A stretch of 64,000 bases of DNA from Dehalococcoidia bacterium. GTDB taxonomy: Bacteria > Chloroflexota > Dehalococcoidia > Lucifugimonadales > Lucifugimonadaceae. Each line of letters opens with the position of its first letter. Position 1 is the stretch's first letter. Location of the stretch: contig JAPYUK010000002.1 of the NCBI GenBank assembly GCA_029936155.1, positions 13,786 through 77,785 on the forward strand. Reading direction: 5' to 3'. Positions 35,188-45,161 of this stretch are shown piece by piece. Under the pieces are notes generated by a model, which worked only from the letters and a program-made list of their open reading frames with translations, did not search any database and was not told where the DNA came from. The position numbers and the translations under genes were made by a program.

Positions 35188-37311
35188 CTAGTTGAGTACG
35201 ATGAACTCAGGGTTACCTGAGACGTTTGAATAGTGCTGCTGGTAGCCGTTCCATGACTTGATGCGGTCGTTGACTACGATTCCTTTCGGAACCTGGAACA
35301 CACCGGCGTATTGCAGCCAGTACATGCTGTAGTCGACCCAGTTCAAGTGCTTATCAGCACGGACACTAGCATCCTGCTCACCAAGAATTTCGAACAACCA
35401 TTTCGCACCAGGCTGTGACTCAAAACCAACACCCCAACCAGGTCGTGATGACGATGTGTCCACCGTCGGCAGCGGCCAGTCAATTGGGTATACGTTTGAG
35501 TGAACGTCACCGTTCTTCAGAACAGGCAGGTACTGAATGCGCTGTCGCATTCGTGGGCTGATAACCCCACCGTAGTCCTCTATAAGACCTTCGATCTCGA
35601 TACCAAGTCGGGCCCAGTCGGACATGATGGTGTCAGCAACCTCAAGACCAACCGGTCCTGCTTCTGCTGCGTATGCCTGAAGTGTGAGCTTTTCGAAGCC
35701 CTGGCGCTTACCACCGACGAGCGGGTAACCCGCAGCGTCGAGGAGTGCACCGGCTACGTCAAGGTCAGCGTCATCGATTTTCCATGGGACGTCTTCTGAC
35801 GTTCCAGCACAGGTAATTTTATTACCAATCCAGTCCCAGCAACCAGTCATTCGAGTTGCATCCCAGCCAGGGTACTCAGGACCCATGTACTCGGAGTAAA
35901 TCGGAGTTCCAATGTCGTTCAAAAGGGAAGAGTTGATCGCACCGCGGTCGATAGCGGTCGAAAGGGCAAGTCGAACGAGTCGAGCCTGTTCCATATCGTC
36001 CATACCGGCTGGGTTGTCAACGTCGGTGTAAGGAGCGTTACCACAGAGGTCGTGGCCAGCGCCGTCACCGTCCGTGCAAGTTCCACCGGCGTGACCCCAA
36101 GGGTTACCGATCCACGGGTAGTCCATCTCAAGAGTAGGACCTGCCCACGGCTCGAGCGGCTCTGCCGTTCGTGCGTGGGAGTGTTCCCAGAGGTTTCCTG
36201 GGAAGAGAATCGACTGGCCAACGAAACCACCAGGCATCGTCTCGAGGAAGGTGAAGCCATCGGCAACAACATCCGGAAGGAGCTTGTAGTCAAGCACGGT
36301 CATGTCGATCGCGCCATTCTTCAGCATGGCGATCTGGGTCGTTGCTTCAGGAACCTGAATTCCTGTAATTGATGCAACGTTACCAACCTGACGCCAGTGC
36401 TCAGTTAGAGCGTGCATCGTGCATCGGTCACCCGGTGTGCATTCACCCTGAACGTAAGGACCAGTGCCAATGTGGTGGGCTCGTGCCCAGTCAATGCCCT
36501 CGGTGTCGGCTGACGTTACTTTGTGAACGCCACGTGCGGCTGAAAGACAACCGAACTGTGATACCGGCAAGCAATAGTAAACAGGCGTAACCAAGCCAAT
36601 TTCGAGACTGTATTCGTCGATGACTTTTGCTTCCAAGAAGATAGCGGCGAAGTCACCACTGTCTCCGTAAGTTGACTCTGGGTTTGTGGTTGCGTTTGAG
36701 CGGTTGAACCATTCAACAAGCTCGGCAGCATTCAGTTCACCAAAGTCTTTGTCTTCATAGCCGATTGGGTTCTGCCAGTCAATTCCCTCTTTGAGGGTCA
36801 TCTGGACTCGAGTACCGGCGGGGTCAATGTCCCACGTATCAATTAGGAACGGGGTCATTGGGTTTCCGTCTTCGAAGACGAAGAGTCCTTCTTCAAGTCC
36901 ACCGATTTGATTGGTGGCTGATCCTCGGTAAGGACCGACGTAACCGATTCCGTATACAGATTCAAGTGTCGTGAATGCGCGAATGAGTTCGCCTTCAGGT
37001 CCACCCGAGCTGCCCGAAGGCGCCTTGGTGGCTGCAGGTGCGTCTTTCGCCACAGTTGCAGCAGGAGCAGCATCTTTCGCTGCCGAACCTGACTTTCCAG
37101 CTGCCGCTGGCTTTGCAGTAGCAGCTGCTTCTGCTTTAGCCGCAGGAGCTGCTTTCTCTGCAGGAGCTGCTTTTGCAGGAGCTGCTGCACTTGATGAGCC
37201 GCCGCCATCTCCTTCGTCGCTATCGCCTCCACAGGCGATACCGGCAATGAGAAGCAAGCTACCTAGTGCCAGAAGCACCGGTGCCCATCTCTTGTTCAAA
37301 CTAAGATCCAT
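35188..37311 (-). CDS. Family-5 (DppA/OppA-like) substrate-binding lipoprotein, divergent
   Basis: Lipobox GIAC, Ala/Pro/Lys linker, IGTGPY, VRLALSTAIDR, LLDAAGY, WARLGI; ATG 37311 after GGAGG. Confidence 0.88.
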   Translation of the reverse strand: MDLSLNKRWAPVLLALGSLLLIAGIACGGDSDEGDGGGSSSAAAPAKAAPAEKAAPAAKAEAAATAKPAAAGKSGSAAKDAAPAATVAKDAPAATKAPSGSSGGPEGELIRAFTTLESVYGIGYVGPYRGSATNQIGGLEEGLFVFEDGNPMTPFLIDTWDIDPAGTRVQMTLKEGIDWQNPIGYEDKDFGELNAAELVEWFNRSNATTNPESTYGDSGDFAAIFLEAKVIDEYSLEIGLVTPVYYCLPVSQFGCLSAARGVHKVTSADTEGIDWARAHHIGTGPYVQGECTPGDRCTMHALTEHWRQVGNVASITGIQVPEATTQIAMLKNGAIDMTVLDYKLLPDVVADGFTFLETMPGGFVGQSILFPGNLWEHSHARTAEPLEPWAGPTLEMDYPWIGNPWGHAGGTCTDGDGAGHDLCGNAPYTDVDNPAGMDDMEQARLVRLALSTAIDRGAINSSLLNDIGTPIYSEYMGPEYPGWDATRMTGCWDWIGNKITCAGTSEDVPWKIDDADLDVAGALLDAAGYPLVGGKRQGFEKLTLQAYAAEAGPVGLEVADTIMSDWARLGIEIEGLIEDYGGVISPRMRQRIQYLPVLKNGDVHSNVYPIDWPLPTVDTSSSRPGWGVGFESQPGAKWLFEILGEQDASVRADKHLNWVDYSMYWLQYAGVFQVPKGIVVNDRIKSWNGYQQHYSNVSGNPEFIVLN

Positions 37312-37676
37312 TATATTTCCTCCGAAAGGCCAAATATTAGGAACACACCGCTTTCGAGGGAAAGCGGCTGCTTCTAACGCCAGAATCATCCCGGCAACTC
37401 ATATGGAGAGCAATACTTTCCATGTGTTCAACCGTGCTCTAGCTACGTAATTGCCTCGCTACACTGCCGCTCGAATAGAACAAACCTACCCGATCCTGCA
37501 GCCTAAGCAGCGTCGAAATATACACTCACCACATCAAAAGTCAACGTCCATAAACCGGCAAACAAACACGGTTCCGGTAACAATTATTTACTCGTAGTTC
37601 GGCTACCAGTAAGAGTGTTTTGGACGTACACTTCCGCTTGCAATTTTCGCATTAATCAGCCCAACGCAGGAACCAA

Positions 37677-38867
37677 ATGTCGGCCAATTCAAGCTTCACA
37701 ATCACTTCCGTTGAATCAATTCACTTAGCTTTCAAAAACTCGGCTTCGTACTGGGAGTCGTACCGGGTAAATGAAGGCGATCGCATGACGGACCGCTTCG
37801 AGTTCAAGCAAGGCTGGCAGACGGTTTACGCTCGCTACATCGAAACTCCGCTGGTAAAGGTGACGTTGTCGGATGGAACTGTGGGTTGGGGTGAGGCGAA
37901 CACGGGGATCGGGCCAGAGGTCGTTTGCCTGATCATTAACGAATTGCATGCTCAGATAATCGAGGGCCAAGAGTTCGAAAGTCCCGATGCGCTCTGGGAT
38001 TTCCTGTATGACACGCAGCGAGGGCGCGGGTATTCATCTGGTTACTGGCTGGATGCTATGGCTGCGATCGATATCGCGGTGTGGGACGGGATCGGTAAGC
38101 GGGAGCAGTCACCTGTCGCAGCACTACTTGATCCGAACTATCGTTCACAGTTCGATGTCTACCTGTCGGGAATACGGCGGGCGACTCTCGAAGAGCGGAT
38201 CGAGCATGTGAAGTCGTGGATCGATACGGGCCTGCGGGGAGCGAAGATATTCCTGACGGGCGATGTTGAAGCAGGGACGACCGAACTGGACGGACTGATG
38301 GCGGGAGCGCCTGATCTCGAGCAGTGGATGGTCGATACGCTCTGGATGTGTTCACACGAATCGGCTGAGCTCGGCAAGGTGGAGTACGGCAAAAGGTGCG
38401 TTCGCTTCTTCGAGTGCCCGCTGCAGCCAGAGGATCTTTTTGGTCATCAGGAATTGGTCACCAAACCGGGTGCGAAGATTGCGCTCGGCGAGCATTTCAG
38501 GTCGCGCTACCAGATGGAACAGTGGGTGCAGCAGCCAAGAGCGCTCGACGTTTACCAGCCTGATATCGGTCGAACTGGTTTCACTGACTACATGGTTCAG
38601 ATGGGCATTGCCAGTAGCGCTGGAATTAAGACGACGCCTCATATGGGGAGCGGAGTTTCTGTGTTCCAAGCTGCAACGTTGCAGTGCGCGGCGGTTGCGC
38701 CACCCGACTATCTTCAGGAGTTCCAAGGTGGACTGTCTGATCGACTCGAAAAGGCGTCTGACACAGGCTGGAACTACGCAGATGGCGGCTTCAAGTTGCC
38801 GGATCGACCAGGAATTGGCGTTGATATCAATGAATCGCTGCTTGAACCATTCATCGTGAAGAAGTAG
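37677..38867 (+). CDS. Mandelate racemase/MLE (enolase superfamily) protein, divergent
   Basis: GWGEA, AAIDIAVWD, metal ligands MVD/FFECP/LGEH, QPDIGR, PH, PDRPGIG. Confidence 0.9.
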   Translation: MSANSSFTITSVESIHLAFKNSASYWESYRVNEGDRMTDRFEFKQGWQTVYARYIETPLVKVTLSDGTVGWGEANTGIGPEVVCLIINELHAQIIEGQEFESPDALWDFLYDTQRGRGYSSGYWLDAMAAIDIAVWDGIGKREQSPVAALLDPNYRSQFDVYLSGIRRATLEERIEHVKSWIDTGLRGAKIFLTGDVEAGTTELDGLMAGAPDLEQWMVDTLWMCSHESAELGKVEYGKRCVRFFECPLQPEDLFGHQELVTKPGAKIALGEHFRSRYQMEQWVQQPRALDVYQPDIGRTGFTDYMVQMGIASSAGIKTTPHMGSGVSVFQAATLQCAAVAPPDYLQEFQGGLSDRLEKASDTGWNYADGGFKLPDRPGIGVDINESLLEPFIVKK

Positions 38868-38977
38868 ATACCGATGAACACTTTCACCCGATCATGGCGT
38901 AGTGCCTCGCGCACGCGGATCCGCCACCAAATAACTACAGCGAGGAAACGGATCTGGTAGAGAAACCTGTCGACACG

Positions 38978-40219
38978 GTGGACTCGTCCGCTGCTGATGA
39001 AACTCGAACGCAAGAAGCGACGCCGCATGGTCCGTTCAGCATTTTGACGATTCGCGACTACCGGTTTTTGGTGCTCTCGAACCTGGCGACATTTGCCGGG
39101 TACCAGATACGAAACATGGCGCAGGCGTGGATTGTTCTAGACAGGACAGATTCTGCAACGCTGATGGGGCTTGTGAACGCCATGCCAGGAATCGCCATCA
39201 TCTCTATCTCCTTATTAGGAGGAGCCCTGGCCGACCGTACAGAGCGGTGGCAATTGCTGTGGCGGACGAAGACGATTATTGCTTCGATGGCGTTGCTTAC
39301 GGCGGTGCTGCTGACAACCGACATATTCGAGTGGTGGCACCTGATTCCGATATCGCTTATGACTGGATCGATGTTCGCAATACACAACCCGACCAGTCAG
39401 GCGTTTGCTGTCGATGTTGTGGGGCGAGACCGACTGGTTTCGGCATCGAGTCTCAATACCGGTTTATCGATGACAGCGACTATCGCGGGCCCAACCGCAG
39501 GTGCCGCCCTACTGCTGCTGGGATTCGATACGGCGTTCTACGTGCTCGCCGGGCTCTATGCACTCTCGGCTGTGATGATCTACCGGGTTCGGACGCGCCG
39601 CGTGCCAGTCCCGAGCGGGAAAAACATGATTTCGGAGATCCGAGAAGGAATCGCGTATGCCTATCGCACCCCGATCATTCGAGCACTCTTGATTGTTGGA
39701 ATGAGCGCGGTGTTCATCGGAATGAACCAACCGGCGATTCCTGTGAAAGTTCGGGACGTCCTGGGGCTTGGCGAGGTCGGATACGGGATCATGCTGGGGC
39801 TAAACGGAGTTGGCTCACTCATTGGAGCGTTTGCGCTGTTCGCGATCGGCACGCGCGTCCGAAAGGGTTATCTGGTCATATTCGCCTTAATCGTGATGAA
39901 TCTTTCGGTCGCTGGTTTTGCGCTGGCTCCGAACGTGTTTCTCTCCGGACTCGCGATGGTCGTGATGGGCCTTTCCTTCTCTGCATGGATGATCTCGGTG
40001 CCGGTGCTCCTCCAGACCACTGCTTCGGAGGCAATGCGGGGTCGAGTGATGAGTTTGTACTTCATGGTTGTTATAACTCACCAACTTGGCTGGTTGATCG
40101 GTGGCGCGGGCATTGAGGCTTTCGGTATTCAGACCACGCTATTCATCGCGATAACTGGCGCCGTTCTGGTTGCGGGGTCTGCGATAGTGTTTACTCCCGC
40201 GCTGAGAAATGCGCGGTAG
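38978..40219 (+). CDS. MFS transporter (DHA3/enterobactin-exporter-like)
   Basis: GGALADRTER, AMRGRVMSLY; about 12 TMs. Confidence 0.9.
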   Translation: MDSSAADETRTQEATPHGPFSILTIRDYRFLVLSNLATFAGYQIRNMAQAWIVLDRTDSATLMGLVNAMPGIAIISISLLGGALADRTERWQLLWRTKTIIASMALLTAVLLTTDIFEWWHLIPISLMTGSMFAIHNPTSQAFAVDVVGRDRLVSASSLNTGLSMTATIAGPTAGAALLLLGFDTAFYVLAGLYALSAVMIYRVRTRRVPVPSGKNMISEIREGIAYAYRTPIIRALLIVGMSAVFIGMNQPAIPVKVRDVLGLGEVGYGIMLGLNGVGSLIGAFALFAIGTRVRKGYLVIFALIVMNLSVAGFALAPNVFLSGLAMVVMGLSFSAWMISVPVLLQTTASEAMRGRVMSLYFMVVITHQLGWLIGGAGIEAFGIQTTLFIAITGAVLVAGSAIVFTPALRNAR

Positions 40220-40338
40220 ATTGAGGTGAAGGCCTGCATCCCTTCCCCCCAGATCCCTCGACTCGGATGACCCTTTGAAGGAGGTCAGGATGCTGTTAGT
40301 TCAGGACGCGATGATTGGGGCGTGAGAGAATCGGCGGC

Positions 40339-41652
40339 ATGTTCGATTCTGAGAATACTGAAATCATCTCTCCCCGACCGGAGCCTGCAACTGCCAATAT
40401 GGGCCGCAATCCGTTTCGAGTTCTTCAGTTTGGTGACTATAAGTTCGTGTGGTCGTCAGAAGCGCTCAGCCTGTGGGCGATCGAGATGGAGATCATCGTT
40501 CTGTCGATGTTCGTACTGCGCGATACGGGCTCACCGCTGCTGGTCGGGCTGGTCGGCGCGCTAAAGTTCGCCGGAACGCTGTTGGGTCCGCTGTACGGAC
40601 TGATGGTCGACCGGTTCGATCGCAAGATGCTCCAAGTGTGGGTGCGCGTGTTTGGAGTGCTCCTCGCCCTAGCACTCACACTGTTGATCCTTACCGATGC
40701 ACTCCAGCTGTGGCATGCCTACGTAATCGTCACCGCAGGAAGCATGGTCAGAATGCTCGATATCGTACTTGTGCAGGCATTGACCGCCGATGCAGTTCCT
40801 TCGCATTCTCTGCACGGCGCTATCGGGCTTTCTCGGTCGACTCTCGATGGCGCACGGGTTATCGGGTCGATAGCCGGGGGAACTATCTTCGAGCTGCTCG
40901 GACTCGACTGGGCATACATCGTGATAACGGTTTTGTACCTGCTATCAACGCTCGCATCGCTAAAGGTCGAGTCGAGAATAGTGACATCGAAGATCAACTC
41001 CGTAAGCATCCGAGCCGGGCTTGGTGAAGGGCTGCGGTATATCAGGCAGAACGATCTCTTACCGGGTCTGATCTTCTTCTCATTTCTGATCGAGTTTTCG
41101 GCATTTCCTATCGTGAACGGGCTAATGACCGTGATCAGTGACGAGCTTTACGACCTCGGTGGCACGGGGATTGGTTTGCTAGCCGCTACGGCATCGATCG
41201 GTGCACTAACCGGGGCGCTAACGCTTGGCGGCAAGCAGCACATTGCGAGTCCGGGTCGAACAATGGTCGTTGGTTCTATTGTGTGGCACACCGTCATGTT
41301 GCTTCTCGCGTTAACTCCGCCGCTATGGCTGTTTGCGCTCCTCCTATTTATATGGGGGTTCGGCGGAGGGATGACGTTTGTGGCGATGGTAGTTGGGCTA
41401 CTGCGAGAGGCTCCGGCTGAGACTCGCGGTCGCGTGATGGGCATCAGGTCGCTTGGGATCTACGGGCTGCCGATCGGGTTGTTGCTTGGCGGGTTTATCG
41501 CCGAAGAAGCAGGGAGTGCGGCGATGATCGGTACACTCGGTGGAATCGGGCTGCTTGCCACTCTGGGTGCAGCTCTAAAATGGCCAGCGCTGCTCCGGGG
41601 TGCCAGTCGTTCGGCGTCATCTACGGGGACCACGGAGGATCGTGTGAGTTGA
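40339..41652 (+). CDS. MFS transporter (DHA3-like)
   Basis: GLMVDRFDRK, ETRGRVMGI; about 12 TMs; start uncertain (40315/40339/40399). Confidence 0.88.
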   Translation: MFDSENTEIISPRPEPATANMGRNPFRVLQFGDYKFVWSSEALSLWAIEMEIIVLSMFVLRDTGSPLLVGLVGALKFAGTLLGPLYGLMVDRFDRKMLQVWVRVFGVLLALALTLLILTDALQLWHAYVIVTAGSMVRMLDIVLVQALTADAVPSHSLHGAIGLSRSTLDGARVIGSIAGGTIFELLGLDWAYIVITVLYLLSTLASLKVESRIVTSKINSVSIRAGLGEGLRYIRQNDLLPGLIFFSFLIEFSAFPIVNGLMTVISDELYDLGGTGIGLLAATASIGALTGALTLGGKQHIASPGRTMVVGSIVWHTVMLLLALTPPLWLFALLLFIWGFGGGMTFVAMVVGLLREAPAETRGRVMGIRSLGIYGLPIGLLLGGFIAEEAGSAAMIGTLGGIGLLATLGAALKWPALLRGASRSASSTGTTEDRVS

Positions 41653-42488
41653 ATCTGCCTGACTTCTCTTCACGCACTCCTAAAGCTATTGCGATGGATC
41701 TTGATGAGACAACACTGAACTCGAACGCTCGGTTGTCTGCTCGCACCCGCGCTGCTCTTCACGACGTACATGGAGTTGAGATTCCGATGATCATCGCTAC
41801 TTCACGGCCGGAACGCGTACTCGGTGCGCTTGTTGGCGAAGATATTTTGGAAATTACTTCGCTGGTTCAAATGAACGGGGCTATCGCCGCGGGTCGAGCA
41901 GGGCTTACCGGGTCGCTCAGGTATTTGATGGATATGGGAGATGCCCGGAGGTGTTGGGATGTGGCGAACGAGTTGGCGCCGTGGGCGAGGATGACGATGG
42001 AGGTCGACGGAATTCGGTTCGCAGTGAATCACGATGATGGCATAAACGAACTATGGGCGTTCGACATGACCGCCCCTACAGTAGTCGTGACGCTCGAAGA
42101 TGCGTTGAGTCTTGGGCCGGCGAAAGTTTCGATCAACGGGATAGGCTGTGATTTGGAATCACTTGCAGAGGTGCTGGAGAAAGAGTTGTCGGACCAGACA
42201 GTGATATTTAGGGCTGCTAGTGAGCAATTCCTCAATGTGGTTCCGCGAACGGCGAGCAAATCGGGTGCGGTTGCCGGGTTGCTTCAAACAGTTGGTATTT
42301 CACTGGATGATGTTCTGTCGTTTGGCGATGACTTTGTTGATATCGACCTGATCCGCGACTGCGGGTGGTCGGTCGCCGTAGAAAACGCCATTCCCGAAAT
42401 AAAGGCACTCGCCCGTTTCAGCACTGCATCAAACGACGATGACGGGGTAGCAATTGTTCTCGAAGATCTGGTTTCGGCACTCAACTAG
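41649..42488 (+). CDS. Cof-type HAD hydrolase (phosphatase)
   Basis: MDLDETTL, ATSR, MNGA, SKSG, FGDDFVD, SNDDDGVA; TTG start after GGAGGA overlapping the MFS stop. Confidence 0.88.
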   Translation: MNLPDFSSRTPKAIAMDLDETTLNSNARLSARTRAALHDVHGVEIPMIIATSRPERVLGALVGEDILEITSLVQMNGAIAAGRAGLTGSLRYLMDMGDARRCWDVANELAPWARMTMEVDGIRFAVNHDDGINELWAFDMTAPTVVVTLEDALSLGPAKVSINGIGCDLESLAEVLEKELSDQTVIFRAASEQFLNVVPRTASKSGAVAGLLQTVGISLDDVLSFGDDFVDIDLIRDCGWSVAVENAIPEIKALARFSTASNDDDGVAIVLEDLVSALN

Positions 42489-43709
42489 ATGAGATTCAAG
42501 CCAAAAGCGGTGGGTGTGCTCGCCGACGCCCAGTTCCGCGCGCTCGTCATCAGCCAGGCGACGTTCGATCTCGGAATCTTCATGCGTGGCACTGCCAACT
42601 CGTGGGTGGTTTTCGAACTGACCCAGTCGCAGTTGTGGGTCGGACTCGTGGCAGGTGTTCGAGCGATACCCATTCTGTTCTTCGCCCTTGCTGGCGGGGT
42701 GATATCTGACAGGTTTGGTCGACGTAACTTGATGATAGTTGCTGGCTCGCTGATAGCCGCGGCATCGGCCGCTACGGCAATTCTCATCTCGACCGAACTG
42801 CTGGTGGCGTGGCACATGCTGGCGGTGTCCGTACTTGGCGGGATTGGCGGCGCACTCTACGGTCCGGCTTTTTATGCGTTGATCGCCGAGATCGTGCGGG
42901 CGGACCGTCTGACCAATGCGAACGGAATACTTTCGGTCGCTCAGACCACCGGGGAGATGTTCGGGCCGGTGATCGTGGGATTTGTCATAGTAGCTTCGGG
43001 CGCGCACACCGTGTTCTGGCTCGTGGTTGGCGGCAACGCGCTCGGGTTGATGCTTTTGTTCAGGGTGCAAAAGCCTGAGAGGGCTGAGTCCGATGCATCG
43101 GATGAAAAATCGTCGTTCATCAGTGAGTTCATTGAAGGGTTGAGCTATGCCCGAGACACACCGCCGATTCTTTGGCTAACGATTCTCGTGATCGCTCAGA
43201 ACCTGTTCGGGGTGGCGATCTTCGCGTTGATGCCAGTCTATGCGCAGGACGTGCTTGATATTGGCCCAGCTGGATTTGGTTTGATGGGCGGAGTGATGGG
43301 TGCTGGAACGATGGTCGGTGCTGTTTACGTTTCGCTGTGGGGCATACATCGTCGACACGCGTACGTGATGGTCATCATGGGCAGTTTCTGGGACGTTGGG
43401 ATGGTGGTATTTGGATACTCGCGATCGGTTCCGATATCGCTGGGTGCACTGTTCGTGATGGGCCTTATTTCAATGCCGTGGGTGACGGCGGTGTTGACCA
43501 TGTTTCAGCAGGCGGCGACTGGAAAGATGCGCGGTCGAGTAATGAGCTTGTACGTGATCGCTATCGGCGTGTTTCCATTGGGCTGGCTGTTTGGTGGAGC
43601 GGTGGCCGAGTGGCTCGGGAACGAGGAAGCGCTTGTGATTAGCGCGCTGCTTGGGACGCCGGTGGCTTTTGTGGCGTTATTGTTGTCGAAAGAGCTGCGG
43701 CGGGCGTGA
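42489..43709 (+). CDS. MFS transporter (DHA3-like)
   Basis: GGVISDRFGRR, MRGRVMSLY; about 12 TMs. Confidence 0.9.
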   Translation: MRFKPKAVGVLADAQFRALVISQATFDLGIFMRGTANSWVVFELTQSQLWVGLVAGVRAIPILFFALAGGVISDRFGRRNLMIVAGSLIAAASAATAILISTELLVAWHMLAVSVLGGIGGALYGPAFYALIAEIVRADRLTNANGILSVAQTTGEMFGPVIVGFVIVASGAHTVFWLVVGGNALGLMLLFRVQKPERAESDASDEKSSFISEFIEGLSYARDTPPILWLTILVIAQNLFGVAIFALMPVYAQDVLDIGPAGFGLMGGVMGAGTMVGAVYVSLWGIHRRHAYVMVIMGSFWDVGMVVFGYSRSVPISLGALFVMGLISMPWVTAVLTMFQQAATGKMRGRVMSLYVIAIGVFPLGWLFGGAVAEWLGNEEALVISALLGTPVAFVALLLSKELRRA

Positions 43710-43895
43710 GGTGGCGGGTATGGATGCGAGGGACGAGCCTAAAAACAACGACGATAGGCATCATCAGGATTACGGCTGATCGTGGCGAACTCTTCGCATC
43801 GGGTTTACTATCGCCCTCGTCACAATAACCTATAGTCCACACTCACCGTTGCCACGGTAATCCTGATGCCCTAATGAAAACGAGACTGATCTCCT

Positions 43896-45038
43896 ATGAA
43901 AATTACTAAAGTCACCCCTTTGATGTTGGATCGGTACCTGCTGGTGCAGGTCGAAACGGATGCCGGAATTACCGGACTTGGTGAGTCGGGAGCATGGGGC
44001 TATCTCGAAGCATCGAAGTCGGCTATTGAGAAGTATGGGCGGTATTTGGTTGGTGAAGACCCGCTTCGTATCGAGCACCACTGGCAGTACATGTACCGCT
44101 TCTCACACTTCCGCGGCGCAGCGATCATGGGCGCGCTGAGTGCGATCGACATTGCACTGTGGGACATCATGGGCAAGCACTTCGACACCCCGGTTCACCA
44201 GCTACTGGGCGGCAAAGTTCGTGATAAGGCTCGGGTGTACTACCACGTGTTCGGCGACACGACTGACGTGTTGACCGCTGGGATTGTCGATGCACAAAAG
44301 CAGGGCTTTACGGCTGTGGGTCACCTGACGCCATTCTTGGATGAAGACCGCAGCGTCCCTTATTTCAAGACCCACGCCAACAAGATCGGTGATGCAATCG
44401 ACACTGTTGAGGGCTATCGCAATGCTGTGGGCACAGACATGGACCTGTGTATCGAGATTCATCGCCGGATGACGCCAACCGAGGCTGTTCAGCTGGGTCT
44501 TGGAATTGAAAAGTTCCATCCGTACTTCTTCGAAGACCCCGTGACGCCCGATAACTTCGATGAGATGGAGTATGTCGCCAGCAAGATCAACATTCCGATC
44601 GCAACCGGTGAGAGATTCACGTCGATCTGGGAGTTCGAGATGGCGCTTTCTCGCAACTCAGTGCAGTACATCAGGCCGGACGTGTGTCTCGTCGGCGGTA
44701 TTTCCGGAGCGCACAAAATTGCAGCACTTGCCGAGGCGCGCCACGTTGGGGTGGTCCCTCACAATCCTTTGTCGCCAGTTTCGACGGCGGCGTGTTTGCA
44801 GATCGCGGCCACTGCGCCGAACTTTGCGTTGCAGGAATACCCGATCGGCGAGGACGTAGCACCGAAGACGAACATGGTGACGGGCATGGCACAGCACGAT
44901 GGCAACGGTTATCTGGTGATTTCAGATGCACCGGGAATCGGCATGGAGCTGAAGCCGAACGCCATAGACAACTGTCCGGAGACGCCGCGTGAGGTGATTA
45001 CGAGGCTGCACGCCGACGGTTCTGTGATCGATCAATGA
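43896..45038 (+). CDS. Mandelate racemase family acid-sugar dehydratase (galactonate dehydratase DgoD-like)
   Basis: GLGES, AIDIALWDIMGK, IEIHRR, FFEDP, ATGER, RPDV, PHNP. Confidence 0.9.
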   Translation: MKITKVTPLMLDRYLLVQVETDAGITGLGESGAWGYLEASKSAIEKYGRYLVGEDPLRIEHHWQYMYRFSHFRGAAIMGALSAIDIALWDIMGKHFDTPVHQLLGGKVRDKARVYYHVFGDTTDVLTAGIVDAQKQGFTAVGHLTPFLDEDRSVPYFKTHANKIGDAIDTVEGYRNAVGTDMDLCIEIHRRMTPTEAVQLGLGIEKFHPYFFEDPVTPDNFDEMEYVASKINIPIATGERFTSIWEFEMALSRNSVQYIRPDVCLVGGISGAHKIAALAEARHVGVVPHNPLSPVSTAACLQIAATAPNFALQEYPIGEDVAPKTNMVTGMAQHDGNGYLVISDAPGIGMELKPNAIDNCPETPREVITRLHADGSVIDQ

Positions 45039-45161
45039 ATCGACGGCTCCATTTCTTCTAGACTCGAAGCAAGTTCAGCATGACAGCGGGTCGCTTCAAC
45101 ATCACAATGAACTCCTCCGAAGCGTGTTCATTCACTTCATCAGCCGGTAGCAGTTCCCAAT

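Noticed and set aside
37140-37190. Tandem GCAGGAGCTGC repeats
   Set aside because: Coding low-complexity AAPA linker of the SBP
38874-38960. 28-codon ORF MNTFTRSWRS... between the enolase and MFS genes
   Set aside because: No RBS, no informative codon run; probably chance
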